The notes: generated by a model from the letters alone, not told the origin. Shown: positions 49,581-59,404, numbered from the whole stretch's first letter. The stretch: 63,246 nucleotides of DNA, filler included, from 7 parts of 7 records of this genome joined end to end with filler, not necessarily neighbours in it, one strand, 5' to 3'. Translations and numbers: made by a program.

Positions 49581-50468
49581 CTACTCTTTTGCACTTAATT
49601 TTTTCTGTATTAAAGTCACAACTACAACTATTAAAAACAGAATATATGACATCGCTGACGCTGAACCGATATTAAAGTATTTAAATGCCTGATTATATAT
49701 CAGGAATGGAACTGTTGTGGTTGAATCAGCCGGTCCTCCACCTGTCATTACAAACACTTCTTGGAATACATTAAAACATTGAATAAGTAATAATAAAAAG
49801 GCAACTGTATTGATTTTTCCCAGCAGAGGCCATGTAATTTCTCTAAACTTTGCCCAAGGCCCTGCTCCCTCTATATCTGCTGCTTCGTACAAAGTATCCG
49901 GTATATTCTGCAATCCGGCCATATAGATAAGCATGAAATAACCTATCCTTCTCCATGATGACATTATTGCGATTACAGGCATTGCCAGTTTTGTACTTCC
50001 CAGCCAATCTGCGTTTCCAAGTCCCACAATAGAAAGTACCGAGTTAACCAAACCTGATTGTGAGTTAAACAGTAGTGTGAAGATAAGACCTGCACTGATT
50101 ATCGATATCACATAGGGAATGAAAACTATACTTTGTACAATATTTCCACCCTTGATTCTCTTATTCATGAGTACTGCCAGAGCAAGTGCTATTCCCATAG
50201 TCAGCGGAATGAATATTGCTCCGAAATATATAGTATTTTTCAAAGCCTTTAGGAACAGATCATCACTTAGAACTTTTGCAAAGTTTTCCAAACCAACCCA
50301 TCTTCCGGCTTCAAAAATTGTTTTCGATTTTAGTTGAAGTATCTTAATCCTCTTCATACTCGCTACTAATGACCACAATGTAGGATATAGTATAAACATT
50401 GATATTATAATCATTGACGGAAGTATAAAGAGATAAGCACTTATATCGTGTTTCTTTTTAGGTTTCAC
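49581..50468 (-). CDS. Carbohydrate ABC permease (MalF/UgpA-like)
   Basis: YLFILP, VGLENF, GLQNIP..LYEAA.IEGA, MTGGGP. Confidence 0.92.
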   Translation of the reverse strand: MKPKKKHDISAYLFILPSMIIISMFILYPTLWSLVASMKRIKILQLKSKTIFEAGRWVGLENFAKVLSDDLFLKALKNTIYFGAIFIPLTMGIALALAVLMNKRIKGGNIVQSIVFIPYVISIISAGLIFTLLFNSQSGLVNSVLSIVGLGNADWLGSTKLAMPVIAIMSSWRRIGYFMLIYMAGLQNIPDTLYEAADIEGAGPWAKFREITWPLLGKINTVAFLLLLIQCFNVFQEVFVMTGGGPADSTTTVPFLIYNQAFKYFNIGSASAMSYILFLIVVVVTLIQKKLSAKE

Positions 50469-50566
50469 AGCGAATCCCCCTATAATTGTTTTTCTAAATA
50501 TCTATTTTTTTCTGTTTAAAGAAAAGCTGGCCAAAAACACTTATCATCCTCAGCCAGCTCAATATT

Positions 50567-51889
50567 TTAGAAGTTTGCTAATATTTGATTTCCTGTATCT
50601 TCTATTTCCTCCAGTGCTTCTTCCGGTGTAATGATTCCAGAGAAGGCTCTGTTTAATGCTGAAATATAAACTTCATCTTCTACTTTTTGCCAAGCAGGAA
50701 GCGGAGTTCTGATACTTGCTTCTGCCATTCCTTCAATAAATGGTAAAAATTCCGCATGCTCTTTGAAGTATGGTAAATCCTGCATATCTTTTCTAATAGG
50801 TACTCTGAATGGATATTTATTTCCATCTGATGCAATCTCTCCACCCATGATCATCTCTTGAGCTTCTTTTGATATTAAATAATCAACCAATTTAAGTGCT
50901 GCTGTTTCTTTATTTTTCTTTAATCCTTCAGGAATAGTCAGCATATATGGCCCTACATCAGCATTTCTTCCTGATTTTCCGGCTGGTACTCTTGCTGCTG
51001 ATACTTTGAATGGATTTCCGTTTTTCCATATATCCGTAACTCCCCATGGTCCCTGGAACTCCATAACTGTTACTTGCGATCTGAAATCACTCATTACATC
51101 TCCACCATCTTTGGTTAAAGTATCAGGTGGTGTTACATCTTTAATTAATTGCATGTAGAAATTAAGCGCTTCTAAACCTTCAGGTGAATTAATTGCAACT
51201 TTTGGTTCGCCATTCACATATTTAATCAATTTTCCGCCAGCCTGCTCAAGGAACATAGTAAATAACCAAGCTAAATCAGGATGCTGTTTTCCTACTAAAC
51301 TTAAACCATATTGGTCAATTTTACCGTCACCATCTTTATCAATTGTTAATGCTTTTGCCGTTGAGTATAACTCTTCCCAAGTCTCAGGTGCTTTTGATAT
51401 TCCTGCTGCTTCAAATGCAGTTTCGTTATACACTAACTGTATCGAGTGACCTATCCAAGGCATTCCATATAGAGTATCCTCTACAGAGCCCATATTCCAC
51501 AGTAGTTCTGTATAGTTATTCTCATATTTACCAAACTCTTTATCAAGTTCTATAAATGCTCCCTGATCTCCCAGAGCCTGAACCTGTCTGTTTGGTACTT
51601 GGATTACTTCTGCTGCGTCTCCACCTAAAATTGAAGTAAGTAAACTCTGACTGTTTTGAGTTCCTCCTATTAATTTTATATCTATATTTGGATTTTTTTC
51701 TTCAAAATCATCTACTAATTCCTGAATTGCTTTTCCTCTACCGGATTCTTCCCCCCACACAATTTGGAAATTAATCTCTGTTTTTTCAGCTTTTTTCTTT
51801 TTACCAAAGCCGAATAGTGCATATGACTCCTGACTTGCACATAATAATATTCCTGCTGCCAATAATGACGTTAATAAACTTTTTTTCAT
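50567..51889 (-). CDS. Carbohydrate ABC substrate-binding protein
   Basis: Signal peptide, FE..NPNI.I, YGMP, YN...F..AG...P.TWEEL, DKDGDGKIDQYG, GPW. Confidence 0.9.
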   Translation of the reverse strand: MKKSLLTSLLAAGILLCASQESYALFGFGKKKKAEKTEINFQIVWGEESGRGKAIQELVDDFEEKNPNIDIKLIGGTQNSQSLLTSILGGDAAEVIQVPNRQVQALGDQGAFIELDKEFGKYENNYTELLWNMGSVEDTLYGMPWIGHSIQLVYNETAFEAAGISKAPETWEELYSTAKALTIDKDGDGKIDQYGLSLVGKQHPDLAWLFTMFLEQAGGKLIKYVNGEPKVAINSPEGLEALNFYMQLIKDVTPPDTLTKDGGDVMSDFRSQVTVMEFQGPWGVTDIWKNGNPFKVSAARVPAGKSGRNADVGPYMLTIPEGLKKNKETAALKLVDYLISKEAQEMIMGGEIASDGNKYPFRVPIRKDMQDLPYFKEHAEFLPFIEGMAEASIRTPLPAWQKVEDEVYISALNRAFSGIITPEEALEEIEDTGNQILANF

Positions 51890-51926
51890 TTAAATTTACC
51901 TCCTCAGGCATTAACTATAATTAACA

Positions 51927-52910
51927 CTACTTTTCGTCTCGATTGTTACACGAGTCTCTAATTACCAATTCCGGTTTGACTAATACCTTCATTCCTTTTT
52001 TTTCGCCTAATATAAGTTTTACTGCTTCTTCACCTTTTTTAAAATCATTTTGATATACTGTTGTTAAATTAGGAACCATGTACTTACTTACATTTGTATC
52101 ATTAAAGCCCATTACCGATACTTTTTCAGGTACTTTAATCCCCTTACTTTTGAAGCATTGTACTATCCCATATGCAACCATATCCTGAATTGCGAATACT
52201 GCCGTTGGGAAATTATCCATTACCAACATCTCCAGCGCGCATTTATATCCTGATTCTTCATCAAAATTACTATAGAAAACATTTTCTTCTTTGAATTTAT
52301 CTCCGAGATATTTTCTACTAAACTCCACAAACTCTTCACTTACCTGTGCTTCTTTATGCCCCGTAACTATTGCAATATTTTCATGATTTAGAACTTTTAG
52401 GAAATTCAAACCTTTTTTAACAGCTTCGTCATTATCCATACTGATAATATTTGCATTTCCTCCTATATCTCTATCTAATATCACTACTGGAATATCAGAA
52501 TTTTTAAGCTCTTCAATATGCGGGTCATCACTACGAAGTCCCATAAATATAGCTCCGTCTACCATTCTCTGTCTACATAGATCAACATACGAAGTTTCAT
52601 CACCCAGATCATCATTTAGAGTAAATAAAACTATATCATTATTATGTTTTTTTGCTTCTTCGATTATTCCCTGCAGTATGTTATATCTGGTTTCAAAACT
52701 TCTACCCAGTAGAAATATTCCGATGGTATTACTCTTCTTAGTTACCAGACTTGAAGCTATCTGATTTTTTTGATACCCTAACTCTTTAGCTTTTAAGATA
52801 ACTTTTTGTCTCAATGCTTCACTAATTTTGCCTCGGTTATTCAGAGCTCTAGAAACTGCTGTTGCCGAGACATTTAATTCTTTTGCGATATCCTTAATGG
52901 TTACTCTCAC
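51927..52910 (-). CDS. LacI-family transcriptional regulator
   Basis: VTIKDIAKELNVSATAVSRALN, PTAVF...D..A.G, VPE.VSVMGFND, P.LTTV.Q. Confidence 0.94.
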   Translation of the reverse strand: MRVTIKDIAKELNVSATAVSRALNNRGKISEALRQKVILKAKELGYQKNQIASSLVTKKSNTIGIFLLGRSFETRYNILQGIIEEAKKHNNDIVLFTLNDDLGDETSYVDLCRQRMVDGAIFMGLRSDDPHIEELKNSDIPVVILDRDIGGNANIISMDNDEAVKKGLNFLKVLNHENIAIVTGHKEAQVSEEFVEFSRKYLGDKFKEENVFYSNFDEESGYKCALEMLVMDNFPTAVFAIQDMVAYGIVQCFKSKGIKVPEKVSVMGFNDTNVSKYMVPNLTTVYQNDFKKGEEAVKLILGEKKGMKVLVKPELVIRDSCNNRDEK

Positions 52911-52932
52911 AAAATCATCTCCTTACGACGAG

Positions 52933-53248
52933 GTTTAACGCTAAACTCAATTCTAAATTACCACATTCATTTTTCATCGTCAAGGTTTATTTTTTAAACC
53001 TAAATAGAACAAAAAAGTCGTAAAATCAACACTTATTCTTATTTTTCACGGGTTTAATAATGGTTTATTTTTTGACCCAAAATCTCTAAATTTTCTAACC
53101 CTAACCCTATACTCCAGCAAAAACAATAGTTTAACGCAAAACTCTTATTTTTCTCAAAAAAACTAATTTTTTTTGAATTTTTTTCAAAATTTAATAAAAT
53201 TATATTTTTTTACAAATCACAATCCCACAAAAAAGTTTAGCGTTAAAC
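52933..53248. promoter_or_regulatory. Three LacI-type operators and the sigma70 promoter of the sugar operon
   Basis: GTTTAACGCTAAAC (52933-52946), GTTTAACGCAAAAC (53129-53142), GTTTAGCGTTAAAC (53235-53248); minus-strand TTGACG-N17-TAATTT at 52983-52955. Confidence 0.75.
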
Positions 53249-53260
53249 CTAATAAGTTTT

Positions 53261-53320
53261 AAATCAAAAACACTAAAAATAGACAGCGAAATCTGCTGTC
53301 TATTTTTAATGTTTTTGATT
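53261..53320. terminator. Long inverted repeat / bidirectional intrinsic terminator
   Basis: AAATCAAAAACACTAAAAATAGACAGC-loop-GCTGTCTATTTTTAATGTTTTTGATTT just after the 53337 stop. Confidence 0.75.
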
Positions 53321-53336
53321 TTATAAGTAACTTTTT

Positions 53337-53750
53337 CTATCTATATCTACCATTCCAGCTGATAATCTCATTATTCTCAACTAAAAACCTATACTCAATA
53401 GGAGGTTCAGGTGATGACCAGTTTTTGGGTTTAAACAAGCAGTGAACTACTATCTCGTCATTCTCTAAAAATACTTTTTCAACTGTATAAACTCCCCCAT
53501 ATACATCCCTTTCACAAAATCTAACAACAGCTTTTCGTCCGTTGAATTTCATTCCGGCTATATTTACTTTTATTCTTCTGCTAAAAATACCGTTTAAATT
53601 TTTATACACTCTCGAATTAATAGAATCAAAATAGTTTTGAACTACTTTAATTTTTATTGATTCATCCTGTTTATTAGATTTATTTGCTGCTACAGTTCTT
53701 ATACTAAATATACAAATCAACAACAATAGCAAAATCAGTTTTATTTTCAT
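53337..53750 (-). CDS. Secreted NTF2/SnoaL-like protein
   Basis: Signal peptide; VVQNYFDSIN...L..IF, F.GR.AV..F, YRF.V.N..I pattern. Confidence 0.6.
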   Translation of the reverse strand: MKIKLILLLLLICIFSIRTVAANKSNKQDESIKIKVVQNYFDSINSRVYKNLNGIFSRRIKVNIAGMKFNGRKAVVRFCERDVYGGVYTVEKVFLENDEIVVHCLFKPKNWSSPEPPIEYRFLVENNEIISWNGRYR

Positions 53751-53769
53751 TTTTTATTCATCTCTCATA

Positions 53770-54384
53770 TTACTTAGTCAATACTTCATTAAAAAATTTA
53801 TCCGATGTATAAGTATCACCTGAGAAGTTTTGTACTCTCTTTATTTTCCCATCTTCAATTTGATAAATAAGTATCCAGTTAAGGTCTACGCCCTCTCCTG
53901 CTTCACTCCAACCTCTATGTGCGTCAATTACATAATCTTCATTAGCTGCAAAGATCATTGGTTGTGCGCTGAATTTAAGATCTCCTAATGCTGCGAAGAA
54001 CTCTAGCACTTCATCTATCCCTCTTTTAGTTCCTGATAGTGGATGTCTTCCGGGAATATACCATTCTACATCTTCTGCCATCACTGCTTTGATTCCTTCC
54101 ATTCTTGCTTCTGCATCACTATTTCCATACGCTGCAAAAAATCCCGTTACTACTTTGATATTTTCATTGTCCTCTAATCCCGGTGCTACAGGATTACCTG
54201 GTTTTGGCCATAAAGACTCATTATTTATTAATTTTGAATCTTGTTCTGCTTTCACATTTACTAACATTTGATCTCCTCCATCTTTTTTGTTTTCAAATAA
54301 TGATGAACACCCTACTTGAAATAATAGTGCTGCTGAACATAATAAAAATAACGCTTTTTTTAGTTTAATCATTCTTTCCTCCAT
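53770..54384 (-). CDS. NTF2/SnoaL-like lipoprotein
   Basis: Lipobox QVGC; N..VV..FFAAY, MAEDVEWYIPGRHPLSG..RG..EV..FF, I.DGKI..V. Confidence 0.8.
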   Translation of the reverse strand: MEERMIKLKKALFLLCSAALLFQVGCSSLFENKKDGGDQMLVNVKAEQDSKLINNESLWPKPGNPVAPGLEDNENIKVVTGFFAAYGNSDAEARMEGIKAVMAEDVEWYIPGRHPLSGTKRGIDEVLEFFAALGDLKFSAQPMIFAANEDYVIDAHRGWSEAGEGVDLNWILIYQIEDGKIKRVQNFSGDTYTSDKFFNEVLTK

Positions 54385-54580
54385 TCAATTTTTATTAATC
54401 TTATATAGTTATTCCAAACCGAAAAACATTTGCATATGCAAGTTTTTCTATAACATGATTTTATCACCTATTTGAAATTTAATATTGTAGATTATTGCAT
54501 TAATTTTTGTAAATTATTGTAGTTTATAAATTTTCATCAATAGTTTAATGAGTAAATATTATTTAATTTTTTACATAAAA

Positions 54581-54621
54581 AGTTGCAGATTTATACTTTC
54601 CCATAGTATAAATCTGCAACT
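54581..54621 (-). terminator. Intrinsic terminator, perfect 17-bp stem
   Basis: AGTTGCAGATTTATACT-TTCCCAT-AGTATAAATCTGCAACT, followed by a T-run on the minus strand. Confidence 0.75.
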
Positions 54622-54656
54622 ATAATAAATGCTGTAAATTTTTAATTATTCAAATA

Positions 54657-54764
54657 TTATCCAGCCATCATCTCAACAAGAAAATAAGAAAACAGTAGAT
54701 ATATCACCTGTAAAAATACCATAAATAACGCTAAAACTTTTAAATCTAATTTATCAGTAAACAT
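54657..54764 (-). CDS. 35-aa single-pass membrane peptide (absent from the ORF track)
   Basis: AGGGGG RBS 6 nt before ATG; MFTDKLDLKVLALFMVFLQVIYLLFSYFLVEMMAG*; terminator 35 nt downstream. Confidence 0.55.
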   Translation of the reverse strand: MFTDKLDLKVLALFMVFLQVIYLLFSYFLVEMMAG

Positions 54765-54829
54765 ATTCTTCCCCCTATAATTCAATATGAATTTTATAAA
54801 CTATATAAATTTTAGTTTCTTTTTAATAC

Positions 54830-54929
54830 NNNNNNNNNNNNNNNNNNNNNNNNNNNNNNNNNNNNNNNNNNNNTTAATTAATTAANNNNNNNNNNNNNNN
54901 NNNNNNNNNNNNNNNNNNNNNNNNNNNNN
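54830..54929. other. Artificial contig spacer 6
   Basis: N-run with TTAATTAATTAA. Confidence 0.99.
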
Positions 54930-55676
54930 AGCGATGACAAGAAGATCGGGATAATTGACCAGTATCTTCGAAATGGCGCGGTTTTCCAGGCTGTTACTCA
55001 TCTTCATGAACTCAAGTCAAAGGAGCCTTACAGAAAGCAGCTCAATACTCTCTACAACAGATACATGCTTTTTGATGAAGCTGATGAAGTTCTTGCAAAT
55101 GGTGAGCTGAACGACCCTATGTGGATGTTCTTTAGAAAACAGGTGAAACTAAGCAAACAGAAAGAATACCAGCTTGTAGCAAAGAATATAGACAAAAGAA
55201 TGCAGACGCTTGATAAATGTGAGCCCGCCTTTCTTTATCTGCTTGCTGAAAGTTATAGGAATCTGGGAGATAAGCAAAGGACTTTTGGAATGATCGACTC
55301 CATTTTGGAGTGTAATCAGTACTATCTTCCCGGATTGGTCTTTGCTGCGGAGATCACCTACTATCAGGGAGATCTTACAAAAGCAACGGAAGGGATATCC
55401 TACATTATTGAAAACGAAAATTTTCTTTCTCCCGGCAAAACCTATTTTCATAATTATCTCATTCTTTTAAATGCTGAAATCATGGTTAATTTCGGTAAAG
55501 AGAATCAGATCATGGGGTACTTGAGGAAAAATCTTAAAAAAGAATTTAAGTTTACCGACAGAGAGCATGAAAAGACAAGAGATATCCTTGAAAAGCTAAA
55601 GGAAACCAAGGCTTCAATTCTTGAAAAATATCTAAGAAAAAATTTCAAATTCATAAAACCTGAAACAAAAGACTGA
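54930..55676 (+). CDS. Helical-repeat (TPR-like) hypothetical protein, 5' partial
   Basis: Frame open from the contig edge; YLLAESYRNLGD and AEITYYQGDL..A are TPR-like. Confidence 0.6.
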   Translation, partial: SDDKKIGIIDQYLRNGAVFQAVTHLHELKSKEPYRKQLNTLYNRYMLFDEADEVLANGELNDPMWMFFRKQVKLSKQKEYQLVAKNIDKRMQTLDKCEPAFLYLLAESYRNLGDKQRTFGMIDSILECNQYYLPGLVFAAEITYYQGDLTKATEGISYIIENENFLSPGKTYFHNYLILLNAEIMVNFGKENQIMGYLRKNLKKEFKFTDREHEKTRDILEKLKETKASILEKYLRKNFKFIKPETKD

Positions 55677-55696
55677 ATACTCTTTTTGGAGGAAAA

Positions 55697-58243
55697 ATGC
55701 ACTACAATCATTTACAGATCGAATCAAAATGGCAGAAAAAATGGCTTGATGAAAAATGTTTTACATACAAAGGCGGAAAAAGTGATAGCAAAAAATATTA
55801 CATGCTTGAAATGTTCCCTTATCCATCAGGAAAACTACATATGGGACATGTCAGGAACTATTCGATCGGTGATGTAGTCTCAAGATACTATTTCCGTCGT
55901 GGCTATGATGTTCTTCATCCGATGGGTTGGGATGCATTTGGTCTTCCTGCTGAAAATGCTGCAATTGAAAACAATATCCCTCCTGCAAAGTGGACATACA
56001 GCAATATTGAAGCAATGAGAGAGCGTTTTCACCAGCTTGGTTTCAGCTATGACTGGGATCGTGAGATCGCAACTTGTTCGCCTGATTATTACAGATGGGA
56101 ACAGTTGTTTTTTATTGAAATGTTCGAAAAAGGACTGGTCTATAAGAAAAAGAGTGAAGTTAACTGGTGTCCTCAATGCAATACTGTTCTTGCAAATGAG
56201 CAGGTTGAGGATGGTACTTGCTGGCGTCATGGAACTCCTGTTGAAAAGAAAAAGATAGAACAGTGGTATTTTAAAACTACGGACTATGCTCAGGAGCTTC
56301 TTGATTGTCTTGATGATCTTAAAGACTGGCCGGATCATGTAAAAGAGATGCAGAGAAACTGGATCGGAAGAAGTGAAGGCACTTTCATTGATTTTAAGAT
56401 CAAAGGAACCGATCAGGCTCTTACAGTTTTTACAACTAGACCTGATACTCTTATGGGCGTTACCTTTGCCAGCATGTCAGTTGATCATGAAATGGCATCT
56501 GAAATTCTTGAACAGGCACAAGATCAAAAAACAATGGAAGCATTTTTCAAAGAAGTTAAAGAGCTTCATGAAACAACAAAAGATGATTCTTACGAGAAAA
56601 AGGGACTTTTTACAGGAAAATATCTTATTCATCCTGTAACTGGAGAAGAAGTTCCACTCTATTTTGGAAATTTTGTCCTTGCTGACTATGGAACCGGTGT
56701 AGTTATGGCTGTTCCTGCTCATGATCAGAGAGATTTTGAATTTGCAAAGAAATATGACCTGCCTATAAAAGCTGTTATCAAACCTTTTGACGAGGATCTG
56801 GAGCTGCCGTTAAAGGAAGCTTTTACAGACCCTGGAGTAATGTTTAACAGCGGTGAATTTGATGGTCTACCTTCAAAGAAAGGGAAAAAAGAAGTTGCAA
56901 AATATGTTACTGAAAAAGGTTGTGGAAAGGTTGGGATAAATTACAGACTTCGTGACTGGGGAATAAGTCGTCAGCGTTTTTGGGGAACTCCTGTTCCGAT
57001 GATAAATTGTGAAAAATGCGGCACTGTTCCTGAAAAGAAGGAAAATCTTCCTGTAAGGTTGCCTGAAGACGTTGAATTCACAGGTTCTCAGAGTCCATTA
57101 AAGGATATGAAAGAGTTCTATGAGACAACTTGCCCGGTTTGTGGCGGAATTGCAAGACGTGAAACAGACACGATGGATACCTTTGTAGAAAGTTCATGGT
57201 ATCATATGAAATACTGTGATCCAAAGTCTGAAAATGAGCCTTTTTCAAAAGATGAAGTAAATAGAGCGATGCCGGTAGATCAATATATCGGCGGAGTTGA
57301 GCATGCTGTTATGCATCTTCTTTACACCCGTTTCTTTACAAAAGTTCTTGCCGATCTGGGTTATGTAAATTTTAGAGAACCGGTTAAGAGACTTTTAACT
57401 CAGGGAATGGTATGTATGGAGACTTATTCAGCAAATGGTGAATATGTCTATCCTGAAGAAGTTGATATAAAAGATGGAAAAAGTTTCAGAATATCTGATG
57501 GTGCTCCAGTTTCTGTCGGTCGTGTTGAAAAAATGAGCAAATCAAAGAAGAACGTTGTAGATCCAGTTAAACTGATCGAGAAATACGGCGCTGATACTGC
57601 AAGACTTTTTGTGCTTTTTGCCGCTCCTCCTGAAAAGGACCTCGAATGGTCTGAAGATGGAGTTGAAGGTTGTGCAAGGTTTCTTCACAGAGCTTGGAAT
57701 ATTGTGTCAGATAACGTTGATCTTGTTAAGAGTGCGCCACAGATCGGCTCGGAAGTGAAAGATGGAAAGGATCTTTGGGCAAAGACCAATGAAACTATCA
57801 AAAAGGTAAGTGAAGAGATCGAAAGGTTTCACTTTAATACAGCAATAAGTGCAGTAATGGAGCTTGTTAACGCATCTTATAAATTCAAGGCTGATAACGA
57901 TGATAAAAAAGCTGTTTTTGCAGATGCACTCAGAAATATTGTTATGCTTATCAATCCTTTTGCTCCACACGTCTCAGAAGAGCTTGCCGAACTTTGCGGA
58001 TTTGAATCTTTAGCTAAAGCTGAGTTTCCAAAGGTCAATGAAAAGGCGCTTGTTAAAGACGAGCTTCTCATAGTTGTTCAGGTTAATGGAAAACTTAGAG
58101 ACAGACTGACTCTCAAAGCTGATATCACAAGAGAAGAGGTTGAAGCGATCATCAAAGAAAAAGACTATTCTAAGTTTTTAAAAAGCGGTGAGGTCAGAAA
58201 AGTGATCTATGTTCCCGGCAAACTTGTAAATGTTGTAGGCTAA
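55697..58243 (+). CDS. leuS: Leucine--tRNA ligase
   Basis: MFPYPSGKLHMGH (HIGH), GWDAFGLPAENAA, FTTRPDT editing domain, KMSKS, VQVNGKLR. Confidence 0.98.
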   Translation: MHYNHLQIESKWQKKWLDEKCFTYKGGKSDSKKYYMLEMFPYPSGKLHMGHVRNYSIGDVVSRYYFRRGYDVLHPMGWDAFGLPAENAAIENNIPPAKWTYSNIEAMRERFHQLGFSYDWDREIATCSPDYYRWEQLFFIEMFEKGLVYKKKSEVNWCPQCNTVLANEQVEDGTCWRHGTPVEKKKIEQWYFKTTDYAQELLDCLDDLKDWPDHVKEMQRNWIGRSEGTFIDFKIKGTDQALTVFTTRPDTLMGVTFASMSVDHEMASEILEQAQDQKTMEAFFKEVKELHETTKDDSYEKKGLFTGKYLIHPVTGEEVPLYFGNFVLADYGTGVVMAVPAHDQRDFEFAKKYDLPIKAVIKPFDEDLELPLKEAFTDPGVMFNSGEFDGLPSKKGKKEVAKYVTEKGCGKVGINYRLRDWGISRQRFWGTPVPMINCEKCGTVPEKKENLPVRLPEDVEFTGSQSPLKDMKEFYETTCPVCGGIARRETDTMDTFVESSWYHMKYCDPKSENEPFSKDEVNRAMPVDQYIGGVEHAVMHLLYTRFFTKVLADLGYVNFREPVKRLLTQGMVCMETYSANGEYVYPEEVDIKDGKSFRISDGAPVSVGRVEKMSKSKKNVVDPVKLIEKYGADTARLFVLFAAPPEKDLEWSEDGVEGCARFLHRAWNIVSDNVDLVKSAPQIGSEVKDGKDLWAKTNETIKKVSEEIERFHFNTAISAVMELVNASYKFKADNDDKKAVFADALRNIVMLINPFAPHVSEELAELCGFESLAKAEFPKVNEKALVKDELLIVVQVNGKLRDRLTLKADITREEVEAIIKEKDYSKFLKSGEVRKVIYVPGKLVNVVG

Positions 58244-58244
58244 G

Positions 58245-59261
58245 ATGTCCTATCCTCCTTCAATAAAGAATTACATTAATTTTGATGGATTCGGCGGAAT
58301 TTTTTTCGTAAATTCTCCTGAACGTTTTGTAATAGTCAAAATGAAGGAAGAACTTCGAGAATTTGTGAAAGATAAAGGCGAAAAAGAGATCATTTCTTAT
58401 GACATGAACGAAGATAAAAAGGTTATAGCTGAAGCTATCAGTACTGCTCGTGAGATCGGGTTTTTCAGTTCTCAGAAAATTATTGTTCTTGAACTTACGG
58501 CGAAACTGACGGACAAGGATCGCAAGATGCTTCAGGAGTACATGGATACATCTGAACAGAATAATTTTCTTATAGTCCTTATCAGTGAAGTTGATAAGAG
58601 GACGAAGTTCTTTAAAGCACTCCGACAGATGAAAAAGATCTATTTTGAGGTTCACGAACCGGGCCCTGGAGATATCAGACAGTTTGTAAGAAACGAGTTC
58701 TCTCCATTTAAAGCTGATAGCAGGATCGAGGACTTCTTTGTCAATTCACCTGATAGAGATCTGTTCTATTTCCATAATGAAATTGAGAAGATAAAGCTTT
58801 TTGCTGAAAGTAGGGGAATGGCCGATATCACTCTTGAAAATGTCGATTCAGTTCTGTACGGACTAAGTGAACAGGTCATCTTTAAGATCATGGATATGCT
58901 TAGCGCAGGTAAAAGACCGGATGCCTTAAAACTTTACCGTGAAACAATGATCTCAGAGGGCGAATACAAGGTTAATCCTCTCATTGTTTCAATGTTCTTC
59001 AGACATTTTAGAGGCATCATGAAGGCGAGAATTCTTCTTCGTGACGGAAAAAACTCAGAGCTTCAGTCATTTCTAAATAGAAGCAGACTTTTCTACATGA
59101 AACGATCCGTTGAAAGACTTGCCGGAAAGTATAAGAATCTCACGCTTCTTCAAGCGCTAAGACAACTTTCAAAAATTGAGCTTGGGATGAAAGGCGCATA
59201 CGGTGTCGGAGCCAGTTCAACGTCTATTGAACTTGAACAGTTCATGGCTCAGTATTTCTGA
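58245..59261 (+). CDS. holA: DNA polymerase III delta subunit
   Basis: Follows leuS; GFFS..KII, DKRTKFFK, NEIEKI.LF, IT..V, IF..MD; 338 aa. Confidence 0.75.
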   Translation: MSYPPSIKNYINFDGFGGIFFVNSPERFVIVKMKEELREFVKDKGEKEIISYDMNEDKKVIAEAISTAREIGFFSSQKIIVLELTAKLTDKDRKMLQEYMDTSEQNNFLIVLISEVDKRTKFFKALRQMKKIYFEVHEPGPGDIRQFVRNEFSPFKADSRIEDFFVNSPDRDLFYFHNEIEKIKLFAESRGMADITLENVDSVLYGLSEQVIFKIMDMLSAGKRPDALKLYRETMISEGEYKVNPLIVSMFFRHFRGIMKARILLRDGKNSELQSFLNRSRLFYMKRSVERLAGKYKNLTLLQALRQLSKIELGMKGAYGVGASSTSIELEQFMAQYF

Positions 59262-59297
59262 TAAAACCTACTATTATTAAAACTTAATAAAAACCTC

Positions 59298-59325
59298 TTG
59301 ACATAGATTTCCCGTATGATATTTT
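59298..59325 (+). promoter_or_regulatory. Sigma70 promoter candidate for the arcE-like gene
   Basis: TTGACA (59298-59303), 16-bp spacer, TG-n-TATTTT. Confidence 0.5.
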
Positions 59326-59330
59326 TATCA

Positions 59331-59370
59331 GCCGTCGACATTGTCCGGCGGCCGTTGACCTTGTCCGGCC
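59331..59370 (+). promoter_or_regulatory. Tandem 20-nt bulged-hairpin repeat in the 5' leader
   Basis: GCCG-TC-GAC-ATT-GTC-CGGC, G, GCCG-TT-GAC-CTT-GTC-CGGC; GC-rich island in an AT-rich intergenic region. Confidence 0.6.
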
Positions 59371-59404
59371 AAAAGCTTTATTTACATATTTTTTGGAGAC
59401 AGAA

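Noticed and set aside
59331-59370. Guanidine-II (mini-ykkC) riboswitch or ANTAR dual hairpin
   Set aside because: Loops are AUU/CUU, not ACGR tetraloops or A..G hexaloops; kept only as an unassigned motif.
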